Of a stretch of DNA of 40,462 bases, positions 8,502-18,679 are shown one piece after another; the first letter of the stretch is position 1; every line of letters begins with the position of its first letter. The position numbers were made by a program, and so were the translations under genes. The stretch covers positions 575-41,036 of the forward strand of contig DAQW01000056.1 of NCBI GenBank assembly GCA_002503045.1, in the 5' to 3' direction. The stretch is from Euryarchaeota archaeon UBA39. GTDB lineage: Archaea; Thermoplasmatota; Poseidoniia; Poseidoniales; Thalassarchaeaceae. The notes below the pieces were generated by a model. That model was not told the DNA's origin. It did no database searches and saw nothing but the letters and a program-made list of their open reading frames with translations.

Positions 8502-8755
8502 TGAGAACCACCAGATTAAGAGAACGAATTAAGAGATTCCTGGCTGAAAAGGGCGAGGCGAACACTACCGAGATTTTGGAACACGTGAATACAACTACTA
8601 GGCACGGGACCACACCTCAACAACTAGGAAATGTATTATCCAAAGACAAAGATATTGAGAAAGTCTCTACCACAAAAAGAGGAGGAGCACTCTCAGGTCG
8701 TTACGACATCTGTGTATGGAGACTACGGGACCAAGGTACCGGCGAACTTCATTAA
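8501..8755 (+). CDS. Small winged-helix protein, DUF3860-like (paralog 2)
   Basis: MRTTRLRERIKRFL...NTTEILEHVN...RHGTTPQQLGNVLSKDKDI...RGGALSGRYDICVW; translationally coupled through TAATG. Confidence 0.82.
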   Translation: MRTTRLRERIKRFLAEKGEANTTEILEHVNTTTRHGTTPQQLGNVLSKDKDIEKVSTTKRGGALSGRYDICVWRLRDQGTGELH

Positions 8756-9898
8756 TTAAACTTCTAACATTCGATTTAGAGCTTTAATTGCGTCTTTTGA
8801 TGTTTGTTTGTCAATAGTGATAATGTTTCTCCTATCTCCATTGATAATCGATTCAAGTTGTTCTGCAAGAAATCTAGGGTGAATCATATACATTGTCGAA
8901 CAAGGACAAACTGAATCATCTAAACAATGAATTTCTTTATCTGGATATTGTGAATTCAATCGTTGAACTAGATTAATTTCAGTCCCCACGCCAATAATAG
9001 AACCAGGTGGGGCTTCTTCACAAAATCGACGGATAAAGTCTGTAGATCCATCAGCATCAGCTGCGTGAACTACTTTTTGATCGCATTCAGGATGAACGAC
9101 AACCAAAGCATTCGGAAAGGCATCTCTTAATCTATCAATTTGATCGACTGTGAAACGCTGATGAACAGAGCAATATCCATGCCATAAGACGAATTTTGCA
9201 CGATTAATTTCATCAATATTAGGAATAGTCTGCGGATTCCATACGGCCATATCATCTAATTCAAATCCCATTTTTGATGCGGTGTTCCTGCCCAAATGTT
9301 GGTCTGGGAAAAATAGTACTTTACCCAATCCTCCAGCCCTACCAAGTGCCCATTCTAAGACTCCTTGTGCATTTGTAGAGGTGCAAACTATACCGCCATG
9401 TTTTCCAACGAATGCCTTGAGGGCAGCTGAACTATTCATGTATGTTACTGGAACTAGAAAATTGTCATTTTCGGTTGCAAGTTCCTCTGGATTTTCTCTT
9501 GAAATCGGGTCACTTAAATCAAGTTCATCAAGTAAAGTATGCCAACATTCCTCTACATCTGGTAAATTTGCCATGTCAGCCATAGAACAACCAGCCCTAG
9601 TTGTTGGCATGGAAACTATCTGTTGGTCATTAGTTAGGATATCTGCGCTTTCTGCCATGAAATGAACACCACAGAAAACAATGTGTTCAGCAGTACTATC
9701 TGCAGCCATTCGAGATAATCTGAACGAGTCGCCAGTTGCATCAGCATGTTCAACAATGGAATCTCGTTGGTAATGATGACCTAAAATCATCACTCTATCT
9801 CCCAATTCCTCCTTTGCTTTTTGAATCCTATCGCGATATTCCTCATCACTATACGCATCATCAATCGAGCATGACACGAGAGGCAGTCCAAGAGACAT
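8756..9898 (-). CDS. nadA: Quinolinate synthase A (start re-assigned to ATG 9898)
   Basis: ILGHHYQ, GDSF.LS, FCGVHFMAE, AGCSMADMA, YMNSSA, PDQHLG, CSVH, VHPEC, GTE and CPCSTM motifs; three Fe-S cysteines. Confidence 0.95.
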   Translation of the reverse strand: MSLGLPLVSCSIDDAYSDEEYRDRIQKAKEELGDRVMILGHHYQRDSIVEHADATGDSFRLSRMAADSTAEHIVFCGVHFMAESADILTNDQQIVSMPTTRAGCSMADMANLPDVEECWHTLLDELDLSDPISRENPEELATENDNFLVPVTYMNSSAALKAFVGKHGGIVCTSTNAQGVLEWALGRAGGLGKVLFFPDQHLGRNTASKMGFELDDMAVWNPQTIPNIDEINRAKFVLWHGYCSVHQRFTVDQIDRLRDAFPNALVVVHPECDQKVVHAADADGSTDFIRRFCEEAPPGSIIGVGTEINLVQRLNSQYPDKEIHCLDDSVCPCSTMYMIHPRFLAEQLESIINGDRRNIITIDKQTSKDAIKALNRMLEV

Positions 9899-9954
9899 GG
9901 GCAAACAGCCCTTACGCCCGGTGCATTTGAAACCATCTTCCCCCCCGAACAAAC

Positions 9955-10614
9955 ATGGACGGCACGTCTCCATGGATTGAAGAAGCCGTACTCCATGATG
10001 GTGCAGAAGCAAGAACAATCGCAGGTATTTGGTTTGGGACAGAAGCAGTGATGAAAATTCGCCGGCCAAAGGGATATAGGCATCCCAGTTTGGATCAGTC
10101 ACTTACGAAACGCCGATTATTTGCAGAAGCAAGGATTCTAGTTCACCTTTCTAATTCAGAATTACCTATACCAAGCTTGCTTGATTTTGACGAAAAAAAC
10201 TCCACTCTAGTGATAACGAAGTTATCTGGTGTACCTTTATTCAACATTCTTAGGAATTCAAATGATTTCGATCAAATATCTTCACTAATGTATTCGTGTG
10301 GAAATTTAATTAGGAAATTGCATTCATTAGGAGTTTCACATGGAGATTTAACAACACATAATTTACTATGTAATAATTTGAATTCCATACAAATTATTGA
10401 TTTTGGTTTAGGGCGATTGTCTCCCGAAATCGAATCCTTGGGGCAAGACCTACAAGTATTATCTGAATGTCTATCTGCGAGTCATCCCAATCATCCTAAT
10501 GCAATGAAATTCGTACTAAATGGTTATTCAGAAGGGGATGAAAAGGGACCAATTATTGATGATGTAATTTCAAGATTTCAAGAAATTCAAGGGAGAGTAA
10601 GGTATCATGGATGA
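9955..10614 (+). CDS. bud32: KEOPS complex kinase Bud32 (stand-alone)
   Basis: GAEA, K.RRPKGYRHP.LD, EARIL, HGDLTT.N, IDFGL, C-terminal R.RY. Confidence 0.9.
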   Translation: MDGTSPWIEEAVLHDGAEARTIAGIWFGTEAVMKIRRPKGYRHPSLDQSLTKRRLFAEARILVHLSNSELPIPSLLDFDEKNSTLVITKLSGVPLFNILRNSNDFDQISSLMYSCGNLIRKLHSLGVSHGDLTTHNLLCNNLNSIQIIDFGLGRLSPEIESLGQDLQVLSECLSASHPNHPNAMKFVLNGYSEGDEKGPIIDDVISRFQEIQGRVRYHG

Positions 10615-11239
10615 GAAAACAACAATCCTATTTGTTACCTCAAATTCTGGCAAATTATCAGAAGCAAAAATCGCATTAAATCCATTTGGATTTAATGTTC
10701 AAGCATTTCAATTCAGTGAAGAAAATCCTGTAATTGAAGAAATCCAAGCATCAGAACTCCGAATTGTCGCTGCAGATAAATTAAGAAAAGCGGTTTCAAT
10801 TGTTCAAGATTCAACAAAAAACCTAGGAGTAATGGTCGAAGATGCAGGATTCTTCTTAGATGAATTCAACGGTTTTCCGGGAGTGTATTCATCATATGTT
10901 CACAAATCATTAGGAATAAACGGGGTACTACGAACCCTAAATGGAATCGAAAATAGAAAGGCTAGTTTCAAATGTGTTATTGGAATTCATCTAGATGGCG
11001 AAGAAATTTTCTTTGAGGGAGAATGTAAAGGTCTTGTTTCAGAAAAGGCTCTAGGAACTAATGGATTCGGATATGATCCTATTTTCATCCCTAACGATGG
11101 AGATGGTAGTACATTTGCTCAGATGACTAGTGAACAAAAACAATTTTTCTCGCACCGTGGAATGGCTATGGAATCTCTTAGAGCCCATTTAGAAGGGAGG
11201 ATTCAATCGCCAACCTCAAACCACGGCAGTGAGTCGTAA
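10607..11239 (+). CDS. rdgB: Non-canonical purine NTP pyrophosphatase (Ham1/RdgB)
   Basis: FVTSNSGKLSE, EIQA, EDAG, GFPGVYS, GFGYDPIF, SHRG. Confidence 0.93.
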   Translation: MDEKTTILFVTSNSGKLSEAKIALNPFGFNVQAFQFSEENPVIEEIQASELRIVAADKLRKAVSIVQDSTKNLGVMVEDAGFFLDEFNGFPGVYSSYVHKSLGINGVLRTLNGIENRKASFKCVIGIHLDGEEIFFEGECKGLVSEKALGTNGFGYDPIFIPNDGDGSTFAQMTSEQKQFFSHRGMAMESLRAHLEGRIQSPTSNHGSES

Positions 11240-11255
11240 GTAAGGAGGAGACACA

Positions 11256-12086
11256 ATGGCCGGTTTCTCTAGACTAATGCTCTGGATGGTTCTCTTTATC
11301 GGAGGAGCAGGTTTCTTAACGCTTAGAGGGGGTTTGACTGATAATGCTCAACTTGGAGCAGCAGGTGGACTTTTGGTCCTACTAGCATACCTAATGTTTA
11401 CTGGTGGAGAACCTGCTCCGCCTCCTGTAAGACGAAAGAAAAAAACAGATACAGATTCTGAAGATAAAGAAATAGAACCTGAAGAAGAGATACTAATTCC
11501 TGTCAGTAGAACAAGAGGGGTAGATGTTATCACTCCAGAAGCAGAGGCAATTGAAAATGAGGAAATCGTTGAAGTAGAAGCCTTAGACGATGATATTGTT
11601 GAAGCGAAAGAATACGTTGTTGAAGTTGATGCACAATCCATGTTAGAAACTGAAATCGATAGTGTGGTGCTAAATCGTAGAGAATCACAAAAGGAAATTC
11701 GAGAAGGAATTGAGAAACGACGGAGGAAACAATTAGCAAAAATCAGGGGAGATTCGCTTAGATCTAGACATGAAAATGATACTAGAGAAAACCTGCATAA
11801 ACTACTTCGAGAATCTAAAGAAATTCAAGTTTTGGATGAACCCGAATCACCTGCACCTGGCCACCCTTATGGAAAGGTTTTGATTCGGATTGATGAAAAT
11901 AAAATTCTACGACTTCGAGTACCTTTAGATGTAGGTCTTAGAGCTGCAGAAAATGAAACTGAAGCACTTCCCGATCTTGGAGGCCTCCCGCCGCCACCGT
12001 TGCCCAATTCAATAGGTGATTTGCCACCCCCCCCTTTGCCGGGAAAAATAAGTGATTTACCACCACCACCCGATTTGGAGGAATAA
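11256..12086 (+). CDS. Hypothetical membrane-anchored protein: acidic linker, charged helix, C-terminal polyproline repeats
   Basis: GGAGG SD; two N-terminal TM segments; three LPPPP repeats at the C-terminus. Confidence 0.75.
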   Translation: MAGFSRLMLWMVLFIGGAGFLTLRGGLTDNAQLGAAGGLLVLLAYLMFTGGEPAPPPVRRKKKTDTDSEDKEIEPEEEILIPVSRTRGVDVITPEAEAIENEEIVEVEALDDDIVEAKEYVVEVDAQSMLETEIDSVVLNRRESQKEIREGIEKRRRKQLAKIRGDSLRSRHENDTRENLHKLLRESKEIQVLDEPESPAPGHPYGKVLIRIDENKILRLRVPLDVGLRAAENETEALPDLGGLPPPPLPNSIGDLPPPPLPGKISDLPPPPDLEE

Positions 12087-12138
12087 TTCCAGTTCTTTCC
12101 ATCAATGATGCTATGTATCGAACACGTGTCGAAGGAAC

Positions 12139-12972
12139 ATGGCCGAACAACCTGAAGTGGAAGAACTTGCTATCGAAAAATACCCCTCAGAAAATGGGAA
12201 CATAATCATCGCAACGGTAAACAGACCTGAGAAACTAAACGCACTAAACGTAAATGTGAAAGAAGCCATCAAATCGCTTTGTTCTTGGGCAGAAGATTCC
12301 AAAGACATAACGGTAGTAATTTTTCGTGGCGCTTCTCCATTACCTCCTCCAGAAGGAAAAAGGCAGAAACCGCATGCGTTCGTAGCAGGAGCAGATGTCA
12401 GCGAATTTGTAGGAAAAAATAGTGAGATAATTAGACCTGAATTTGAAGATAATGTTTGGGAAGCAGTATGGAAATTAAGAAAGCCTACAATTGCTCTAAT
12501 TGATGGATATGCATTGGGTGGAGGAAGCGAATTAGCTCTTTCTTGCGATATTAGAGTTGCAACGAGTAGGTCAATGTTTGGAACTCCTGAGATCAATCTT
12601 GGACTAATTCCAGGAGGAGGAGGGACTCAAAGACTTACTTGGTTAGTTGGATATGGAAAGGCAATGGAAATGGTGATGGGTGGAGAAATGATTGATGGAG
12701 ATGAAGCTCATCGAATTGGATTAGTTAACCATATTGTTGAACCCGACGAACTAATGGAAAAAGGGATGGAAATCGCAAATAACCTTTCATCTAAATCTCC
12801 ATTAACTGTTCAAATCGCAAAACAAGCAGTTCGAGCCGCTTTAGATAATCCCATTTCAGACGGAATTGTATTAGAACACAATATGTTCGTTGATTTATTC
12901 GATACAAAGGATAAGGAAATTGGAGTTAATGCTTTCATGGAAAGAGGTAAACCTGAATGGACCGGTGAGTAA
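12139..12972 (+). CDS. Enoyl-CoA hydratase/isomerase (crotonase family)
   Basis: NRPEKLNAL, AFVAGAD, GYALGGGSELAL.CDIR, PEINLGLIPGGGGTQRL; both catalytic Glu present. Confidence 0.92.
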   Translation: MAEQPEVEELAIEKYPSENGNIIIATVNRPEKLNALNVNVKEAIKSLCSWAEDSKDITVVIFRGASPLPPPEGKRQKPHAFVAGADVSEFVGKNSEIIRPEFEDNVWEAVWKLRKPTIALIDGYALGGGSELALSCDIRVATSRSMFGTPEINLGLIPGGGGTQRLTWLVGYGKAMEMVMGGEMIDGDEAHRIGLVNHIVEPDELMEKGMEIANNLSSKSPLTVQIAKQAVRAALDNPISDGIVLEHNMFVDLFDTKDKEIGVNAFMERGKPEWTGE

Positions 12973-13738
12973 TACCTTGTCAGAATATCTAGTTGAAGCT
13001 GAAGGATTAGCAAAGAGATTTGGTGATTTCGTTGCACTTCAACCTCTTGATGTTAAAGTTCAAGCAGGTGAATTCTTTGGAGTGTTTGGACCAAATGGAG
13101 CAGGAAAATCTACCTTTATTCGCCTACTTACTGGACAATTAAGACCTAGTGCAGGAACTGCAAAGGTATTGGGAATTAATGTAGATAGTAAGCCAAGATT
13201 GGTTAAAGCAAATATTGGAATTGTACCCGAATCTGAATCACCACCATCATATCTAACAGCAGCTGAATTTCTAGAATTTGTAGCCAGATTAAGAAATATC
13301 GATGAAATTAATGAAAAGGTGAATTATTGGTTAGATTGGTTTGGAATGACTGATAAAAGTGGTACTTTGTGTAAAGATTTGTCAAAGGGTCAACGGCAAA
13401 AGGTAATGCTTGCATCTGCATTCATCCATGAACCTAGACTATTATTTCTCGATGAGCCATTTGTGAATTTGGACCCAATATACCAACGAAAATGTCGAGA
13501 ATTATTACTCGAGCATATATCAAATGGAGGGACTATTTTTCTTTGTTCCCACATTCTTGAAATTGCTGAAAGATTGTGTACTAGAGTGGCAGTAATTGAT
13601 CACGGAAGAGTTCTAGCCGCTGGAAAAATGAATGATTTAAGAAATTCAAAAAGTGAAACATTAGAAGATATTTTCATTCGATTAGTGGGTAAATCTATCG
13701 ATGAAATTGAAGCAGAAAGCATTACTGAAGAGGAATGA
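12965..13738 (+). CDS. ABC transporter ATP-binding protein (exporter type; GTG start at 12965)
   Basis: Walker A GPNGAGKST, signature LSKGQRQK, Walker B LFLDEP, H-loop CSH. Confidence 0.93.
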   Translation: MSNTLSEYLVEAEGLAKRFGDFVALQPLDVKVQAGEFFGVFGPNGAGKSTFIRLLTGQLRPSAGTAKVLGINVDSKPRLVKANIGIVPESESPPSYLTAAEFLEFVARLRNIDEINEKVNYWLDWFGMTDKSGTLCKDLSKGQRQKVMLASAFIHEPRLLFLDEPFVNLDPIYQRKCRELLLEHISNGGTIFLCSHILEIAERLCTRVAVIDHGRVLAAGKMNDLRNSKSETLEDIFIRLVGKSIDEIEAESITEEE

Positions 13739-15381
13739 TTTCGATGGGTGCCAAAAGAGATGAACCAAATTTTGGATTGTCTTTTCCAATAACATTCAAA
13801 ATGATGTTTAAGGAAGAATGGAGGCAAAATGTTGACTTCGCAAAAAGTAGACGAATCCTAATGTTTCCAGCATTACTAGCAATTGTTTCAATGGCATTGA
13901 CAATAGGACTTCGTTTTCTAACCGGCGATGGAGTTAGTGGAGCAAATGCTGAAGAAATTTCAAGAGAAACTTTCACCTTTGATCAATTACGAACAGGAAT
14001 ACATCTCATGGTTTTCCTCTTTTCTATGGGAATGGGAACTTTTGCTTTCCTAGGTCGTTCAATTGTTTCTCAACGTAGTGGAGGCAAAAATTTCCTTCTC
14101 GCATCACCTGCAATGCAGCCAATCGATCTTCAAACAACATATCTTGCATACTATCTCAAAGAAGTCTCTTTTTACATCGTTTTAATTCTCTTCCCTGTCA
14201 CTATCGGAATGGCATTGGGAATTGCATCTCAATCATTTTTAGAAATTACTACACCTTTGTTATGGACTTCTTTACTGCCATTCCTAGTTTGTATTTCCCT
14301 AACAATGGCTCAAGGAATTGCAATTTCCTTTTTCGGTTCAACGTTAATGAGTAGGGGAAATCAATGGAATTTTCTTGTGCCAATATTAGGTGCATTCATT
14401 GGTGCAATAATTTATGTTGGATTCATCCCAATGGAAAAGGCAATAATTGGTCTTTGGGCACATTCTAATGAATCAATTAACGCCTTAATATGGACACCTT
14501 TGGCGTTCCTATCGTGTGCCATTTTAGCTTGGATTTCAGCGGGTCTACTTCCTGAAGATTTTGAAGTCAGAATAACTGGCAGGGATGATTTGTTTATCCC
14601 TATATACGAAAAATTAGGAAAAATTGGATTGCGTTCTGATAGTCGAATGAGAATACTAATTGCAAAAGAAATAGTAGATGTATTAAGATCAGGAACGCTG
14701 CTGAAAATGTTAGGCTCATTTGCGGTACCTCTTCTTTTCCTATTGCTATTGGCATGGGGAGCAGATTTTGCTTCTTTTCCAATTCCTTTCAATTTACTTT
14801 CATATGCACCATTCATTGGATTCTTTGGATTCAATTTTTATTCTTGGCTAAATGCAATTGATGCACCAGATCATCTAAACACAATGCCAGTATCTGTCCC
14901 CGAATTACTTAAAGCAAAAATTTGGACATATTTCTTACTTACTAGTTGGATTGGAGTCATCTTCATTTTACTTATGGCTGGAATGTTGGATCAATGGAAT
15001 GATGCTCTTTCTGCCATGATAGTAATGCTTGCTAATTCAATTTACATTGTTTCTCTTTCTGCTTGGCTAATGGGACTAAGGCCCAATAAAGCGATTTTTG
15101 ATAGTGGAATAATGGCACGTTTCTGGGTTGCAACTGCATTTCCATTGATAGGGCTATTCGTTTTATCTTTCACGAAAGGAGATACCACATTATTAGAAAA
15201 TTGGGGAATGCAGGTTTCTGCAGGTGGATTAAACGCAGAGGCTCAGGCAATAGAGCTTGAAAATAGACAATCTACAAGTCTAACTGGAATCTTAGGAATT
15301 TGTGCAATTCTTGTTTCACTCTCATTTCTTTATCTTCGATTGCTTAAACGCAAGTGGGGAAGTGCACCATTTGAGAACTAA
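13735..15381 (+). CDS. Putative ABC transporter permease (about 12-14 TM)
   Basis: Highly hydrophobic 548-aa ORF coupled (ATGA) to the ABC ATPase. Confidence 0.78.
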   Translation: MISMGAKRDEPNFGLSFPITFKMMFKEEWRQNVDFAKSRRILMFPALLAIVSMALTIGLRFLTGDGVSGANAEEISRETFTFDQLRTGIHLMVFLFSMGMGTFAFLGRSIVSQRSGGKNFLLASPAMQPIDLQTTYLAYYLKEVSFYIVLILFPVTIGMALGIASQSFLEITTPLLWTSLLPFLVCISLTMAQGIAISFFGSTLMSRGNQWNFLVPILGAFIGAIIYVGFIPMEKAIIGLWAHSNESINALIWTPLAFLSCAILAWISAGLLPEDFEVRITGRDDLFIPIYEKLGKIGLRSDSRMRILIAKEIVDVLRSGTLLKMLGSFAVPLLFLLLLAWGADFASFPIPFNLLSYAPFIGFFGFNFYSWLNAIDAPDHLNTMPVSVPELLKAKIWTYFLLTSWIGVIFILLMAGMLDQWNDALSAMIVMLANSIYIVSLSAWLMGLRPNKAIFDSGIMARFWVATAFPLIGLFVLSFTKGDTTLLENWGMQVSAGGLNAEAQAIELENRQSTSLTGILGICAILVSLSFLYLRLLKRKWGSAPFEN

Positions 15382-15420
15382 CATCGGTGTATTCATGAGC
15401 ATTAATGAACACCGATAACT

Positions 15421-15996
15421 ATGTCCAAGGTATTGGTACTAACTGGATTACCAGGTTCGGGAAAAAGTGAAGCCGCTGAGATTGCAAAATCAATGAATAT
15501 TCCAGTAATTTCAATGGGGGATGTAGTTCGTAGAGAAACCGCAAATCGTGGATTGGAGGGTAATTCCAAAAATATTGGAATGGTGGCCATGGATCTAAGA
15601 AAAGAATTCGGCGATGATGTGATTCTACAAAGATTGTGTCCAATTATTACTGACGAATTGAACAACAATAATCTAGTCATTATCGATGGAATGAGGAGTA
15701 TTGCAGAAAAGGATGCTTTAGTGCAATTGATGGGGTTTGAACCTGAGATTTTAGCGATTTTAGCTTCCGAAGATATTCGAAACTCAAGATTAGTAGGAAG
15801 GAATCGTTCAGATGATATCAAAATAGAAGAATCCGGAAAAAATCATGCTATTTCAGAACGTGATGAAAGAGAAAAGGGTTGGGGAGTTGAAGAATTATTG
15901 GAACTCGCTCATCATAAAATTGGGAACGAAGAAAGTATGGATTCCTTTCGAACAAACGTCAAAGCACTCTTAGAAGGCCTAAACAACACTGATTGA
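15421..15996 (+). CDS. P-loop nucleotide kinase, archaeal UPF0200/adenylate kinase-like family
   Basis: TGLPGSGKS, SMGDVVRRE, IDGMRS..E, R.RSDD, RDERE..WG. Confidence 0.82.
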   Translation: MSKVLVLTGLPGSGKSEAAEIAKSMNIPVISMGDVVRRETANRGLEGNSKNIGMVAMDLRKEFGDDVILQRLCPIITDELNNNNLVIIDGMRSIAEKDALVQLMGFEPEILAILASEDIRNSRLVGRNRSDDIKIEESGKNHAISERDEREKGWGVEELLELAHHKIGNEESMDSFRTNVKALLEGLNNTD

Positions 15997-16051
15997 AGGC
16001 CAAAGGTTATCCCAATCCTCGTTCCTTTGTAACACGTACTGAGGTGGAACC

Positions 16052-17578
16052 ATGGCACGACGGGGGCGAAAAAACCAAGGTCAAGGCCGAAAGAAACAAC
16101 AACAATCTCAGTTTGAAGAATTGGACAAGTACCCCGTTTCTCCCCCTCATTCATTTGCTAGAATCGTTCGTGATTTGAGAACTTTGAACATCATCTACCA
16201 AGTAATCGAACCCCCTCTAAATAAAAAAGAAACAGAACAGAAAGATCAGATTATGGAAATCTTTGTTCAAGCATTAAATGCAGATATCGAAGAAATTGAT
16301 GCAGATCCAGTTGCTTATCTACGTGCTGCAATGGATCAGATTATCAAGTCATATAGATTGAAAATTAGTAAAAAATCTAGATCTAAAATCTTCTACTACA
16401 TCCGTAGAGATCTAATCGGTTATGGTCGAATGGATGTACTCATGAATGATTCAAATGTCGAAGATATTTCTCTCGATGGAACCAATGTTCCAATCTTTGC
16501 ATATCATAGAAAGTTTGAATCTATTGAAACTACTATTGCTTGGCCTACGGATGATGAATTAGAAGCGTATGTAATCAAACTAGCTCAACGATGTGGAAAG
16601 CATATTTCAGTTGCAGAGCCTCTTCTAGATGCTACTCTAATGGATGGATCTCGAATCGTAATGAAACTAGGTAGAGAAGTTTCTACACGTGGTTCCGCAT
16701 TTTGTATTCGAAGATTCAGAGAAGACCCATTCAGTCCTTGCGATATTGTTGCATTCCGAACTATGACCAGTCTAATGGTTGCTTACCTTTGGATTGCATT
16801 TCAACAAGGTGTTTCAATGCTATTCGTAGGAGGTACTGCTTCAGGTAAAACAACAACTTTGAATGCGATGTGTCTGTTTATTCCTTGGCAAATGAAAATT
16901 GTAAGTATCGAATCTACTCGAGAAGTAAACATCCCTCAACCAAATTGGATTCCTGGATTAACACGACAAGGATTTGGAGGTGAATCTTCAGAAGGTGAAA
17001 TTACTGAGTTCGAATTACTAAAAGCAGCTCTCAGAGAACGGCCCGAGTATATTATTGTAGGAGAAATTAGAGGATCTGAAGCATACGTACTATTCCAAGC
17101 AATGGCTACTGGGCATTGTTCATATTCAACTGTTCACGCAGATTCAGTCGCATCACTAGTACATCGACTTGAAAATAAGCCAATTGATATTCCTCGAGTT
17201 CTTCTTCCTGCTCTTGAAGCAGTAGCAATCCAGATTCAAACTAGGATTAACGGGCGCCGTGTACGAAGGACAAAACAGATTGTTGAAATTGTAGGAGTAG
17301 ATCCTCATAGCCAAGAAGTAATCACAAATGAGGTGTTTAAATGGGATCCTTCGCGTGACGATTTCGATTTCAGCGGTAAATCCTATGTCTTAGAAAAAGT
17401 AATGGTGAAGATTAATTATTCTCAAGAAAAGATGCGAAATGAATTACGAACTAGAAAGCGAATCTTAGATTGGATGGTTCTGAATGATATCCGGAAATCG
17501 GATCAAGTTGCTCAAATAATTACAGAGTATTATGTTCGACCTGACGAAATTCTTGCTCGCGTAGACGGCCTACGCTGA
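16052..17578 (+). CDS. Type II/IV secretion system ATPase (archaeal pilus-assembly, ArlI/CpaF-like)
   Basis: GAGGTGG SD; EDISLDG, IRRF, Walker A GGTASGKTT, ALRERPEYIIVGEIRG.EA, ATGH...STVHA. Confidence 0.93.
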   Translation: MARRGRKNQGQGRKKQQQSQFEELDKYPVSPPHSFARIVRDLRTLNIIYQVIEPPLNKKETEQKDQIMEIFVQALNADIEEIDADPVAYLRAAMDQIIKSYRLKISKKSRSKIFYYIRRDLIGYGRMDVLMNDSNVEDISLDGTNVPIFAYHRKFESIETTIAWPTDDELEAYVIKLAQRCGKHISVAEPLLDATLMDGSRIVMKLGREVSTRGSAFCIRRFREDPFSPCDIVAFRTMTSLMVAYLWIAFQQGVSMLFVGGTASGKTTTLNAMCLFIPWQMKIVSIESTREVNIPQPNWIPGLTRQGFGGESSEGEITEFELLKAALRERPEYIIVGEIRGSEAYVLFQAMATGHCSYSTVHADSVASLVHRLENKPIDIPRVLLPALEAVAIQIQTRINGRRVRRTKQIVEIVGVDPHSQEVITNEVFKWDPSRDDFDFSGKSYVLEKVMVKINYSQEKMRNELRTRKRILDWMVLNDIRKSDQVAQIITEYYVRPDEILARVDGLR

Positions 17579-17596
17579 CCTTTAGGAGGCGGAATA

Positions 17597-18667
17597 TTGG
17601 CAAAGAAGAGAGATTTGAAGTCAAAGAAGCAATATGACTTCGAAGGCATGATTCTAACTCCGTGGCAGAAAATTTCTACAACACTTTTTGGAGGTATTTT
17701 TCGAGAGCGTGTTCGTAAAGATCAAGATTTAAGAAAACTGCTAGTTCAAGCCGATATTCGAGTAATGCCGGAAGTATACAAATCTACACAATTAATGAGT
17801 ACAATTGCAGTAATGATTGGATGTGGTGCACTTATGGCACTCGTTTTCTTACCTGGAGCAGGACTAATTGCAATCTATGAATCAATTCAAGACCCTGCAA
17901 CAGTAATGCCTTGTGTCGATTGGGAATTCTGGCATAAAGCAGATATTAATCCATCACAGCCAGGCAATGGATGCCCCCACTATACTACCCAAATGTTCCC
18001 ATTCTTGTGGAAAGCAATTATAGTCATTTTACTTGGTTTAGTAGTTCCTTATTCTGCAAACAAATATTTTGGTAATGAAGCAGAAAGGAAAAGATCTGCT
18101 CGAGCAGAACGATTAGAGAAATATTTGCCATATGCCTCATCTTATACAGCAGCAATGTCAGCTGCAAATGCTACACCAGTAAAGATTTTCAGATCTTTAG
18201 CCAAGAATGGAGAAATTTATGGAGATATTGCATATGATTCTTCGATGGTATATCGTGATATGACATTATTTGGTTATGATATCATTACAGCAGTCAAACT
18301 AGCTGTGGATCGTGCTGCTTCTGTATGGGTAACTGAATTCTTCCAAGGAATGGTTGGAACCCTTTCTTCAGGAGGTAATCTGAAACTATACTTCCTCAAT
18401 AGGGCTGAGCATTATATGAGAGAAAATAGAATCAGACTAACTGTTTTTCTAGAAACTCTTGCAATGTTTGCTGAGACATATATTGTGGTTGCAGTTGCGA
18501 TGCCACTTTTCCTAATTGTTATGCTAGTCATTATGTTCTGGGTTTCAGGAGCAGGATCCCAAATTTCAGAAAATATGGTTTACGGAATAGTGATGGGGCT
18601 ACTTCCGATGATTCATATTGCATATTCCCTATTTGTATGGCTAATGTCTCAAGAAAATGAAATGTAA
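17597..18667 (+). CDS. Type II secretion F family (TadC/ArlJ-like) pilus platform protein 1
   Basis: TTG start after GGAGG; LPYA..Y...MS.A, YG.IA, FFQGM...LSSGGNL..Y, ETLAMFAETY pattern. Confidence 0.87.
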   Translation: MAKKRDLKSKKQYDFEGMILTPWQKISTTLFGGIFRERVRKDQDLRKLLVQADIRVMPEVYKSTQLMSTIAVMIGCGALMALVFLPGAGLIAIYESIQDPATVMPCVDWEFWHKADINPSQPGNGCPHYTTQMFPFLWKAIIVILLGLVVPYSANKYFGNEAERKRSARAERLEKYLPYASSYTAAMSAANATPVKIFRSLAKNGEIYGDIAYDSSMVYRDMTLFGYDIITAVKLAVDRAASVWVTEFFQGMVGTLSSGGNLKLYFLNRAEHYMRENRIRLTVFLETLAMFAETYIVVAVAMPLFLIVMLVIMFWVSGAGSQISENMVYGIVMGLLPMIHIAYSLFVWLMSQENEM

Positions 18668-18679
18668 GGAGGTGAAGAA

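Noticed and set aside
9899..10102. N-terminal extension of nadA overlapping bud32
   Set aside because: It overlaps the conserved Bud32 N-terminus on the other strand; ATG 9898 gives a normal-length NadA.
15421..15996. Dephospho-CoA kinase (coaE) call
   Set aside because: It matches the UPF0200-type kinase pattern, and a DUF359 DPCK domain is already fused to CoaD.
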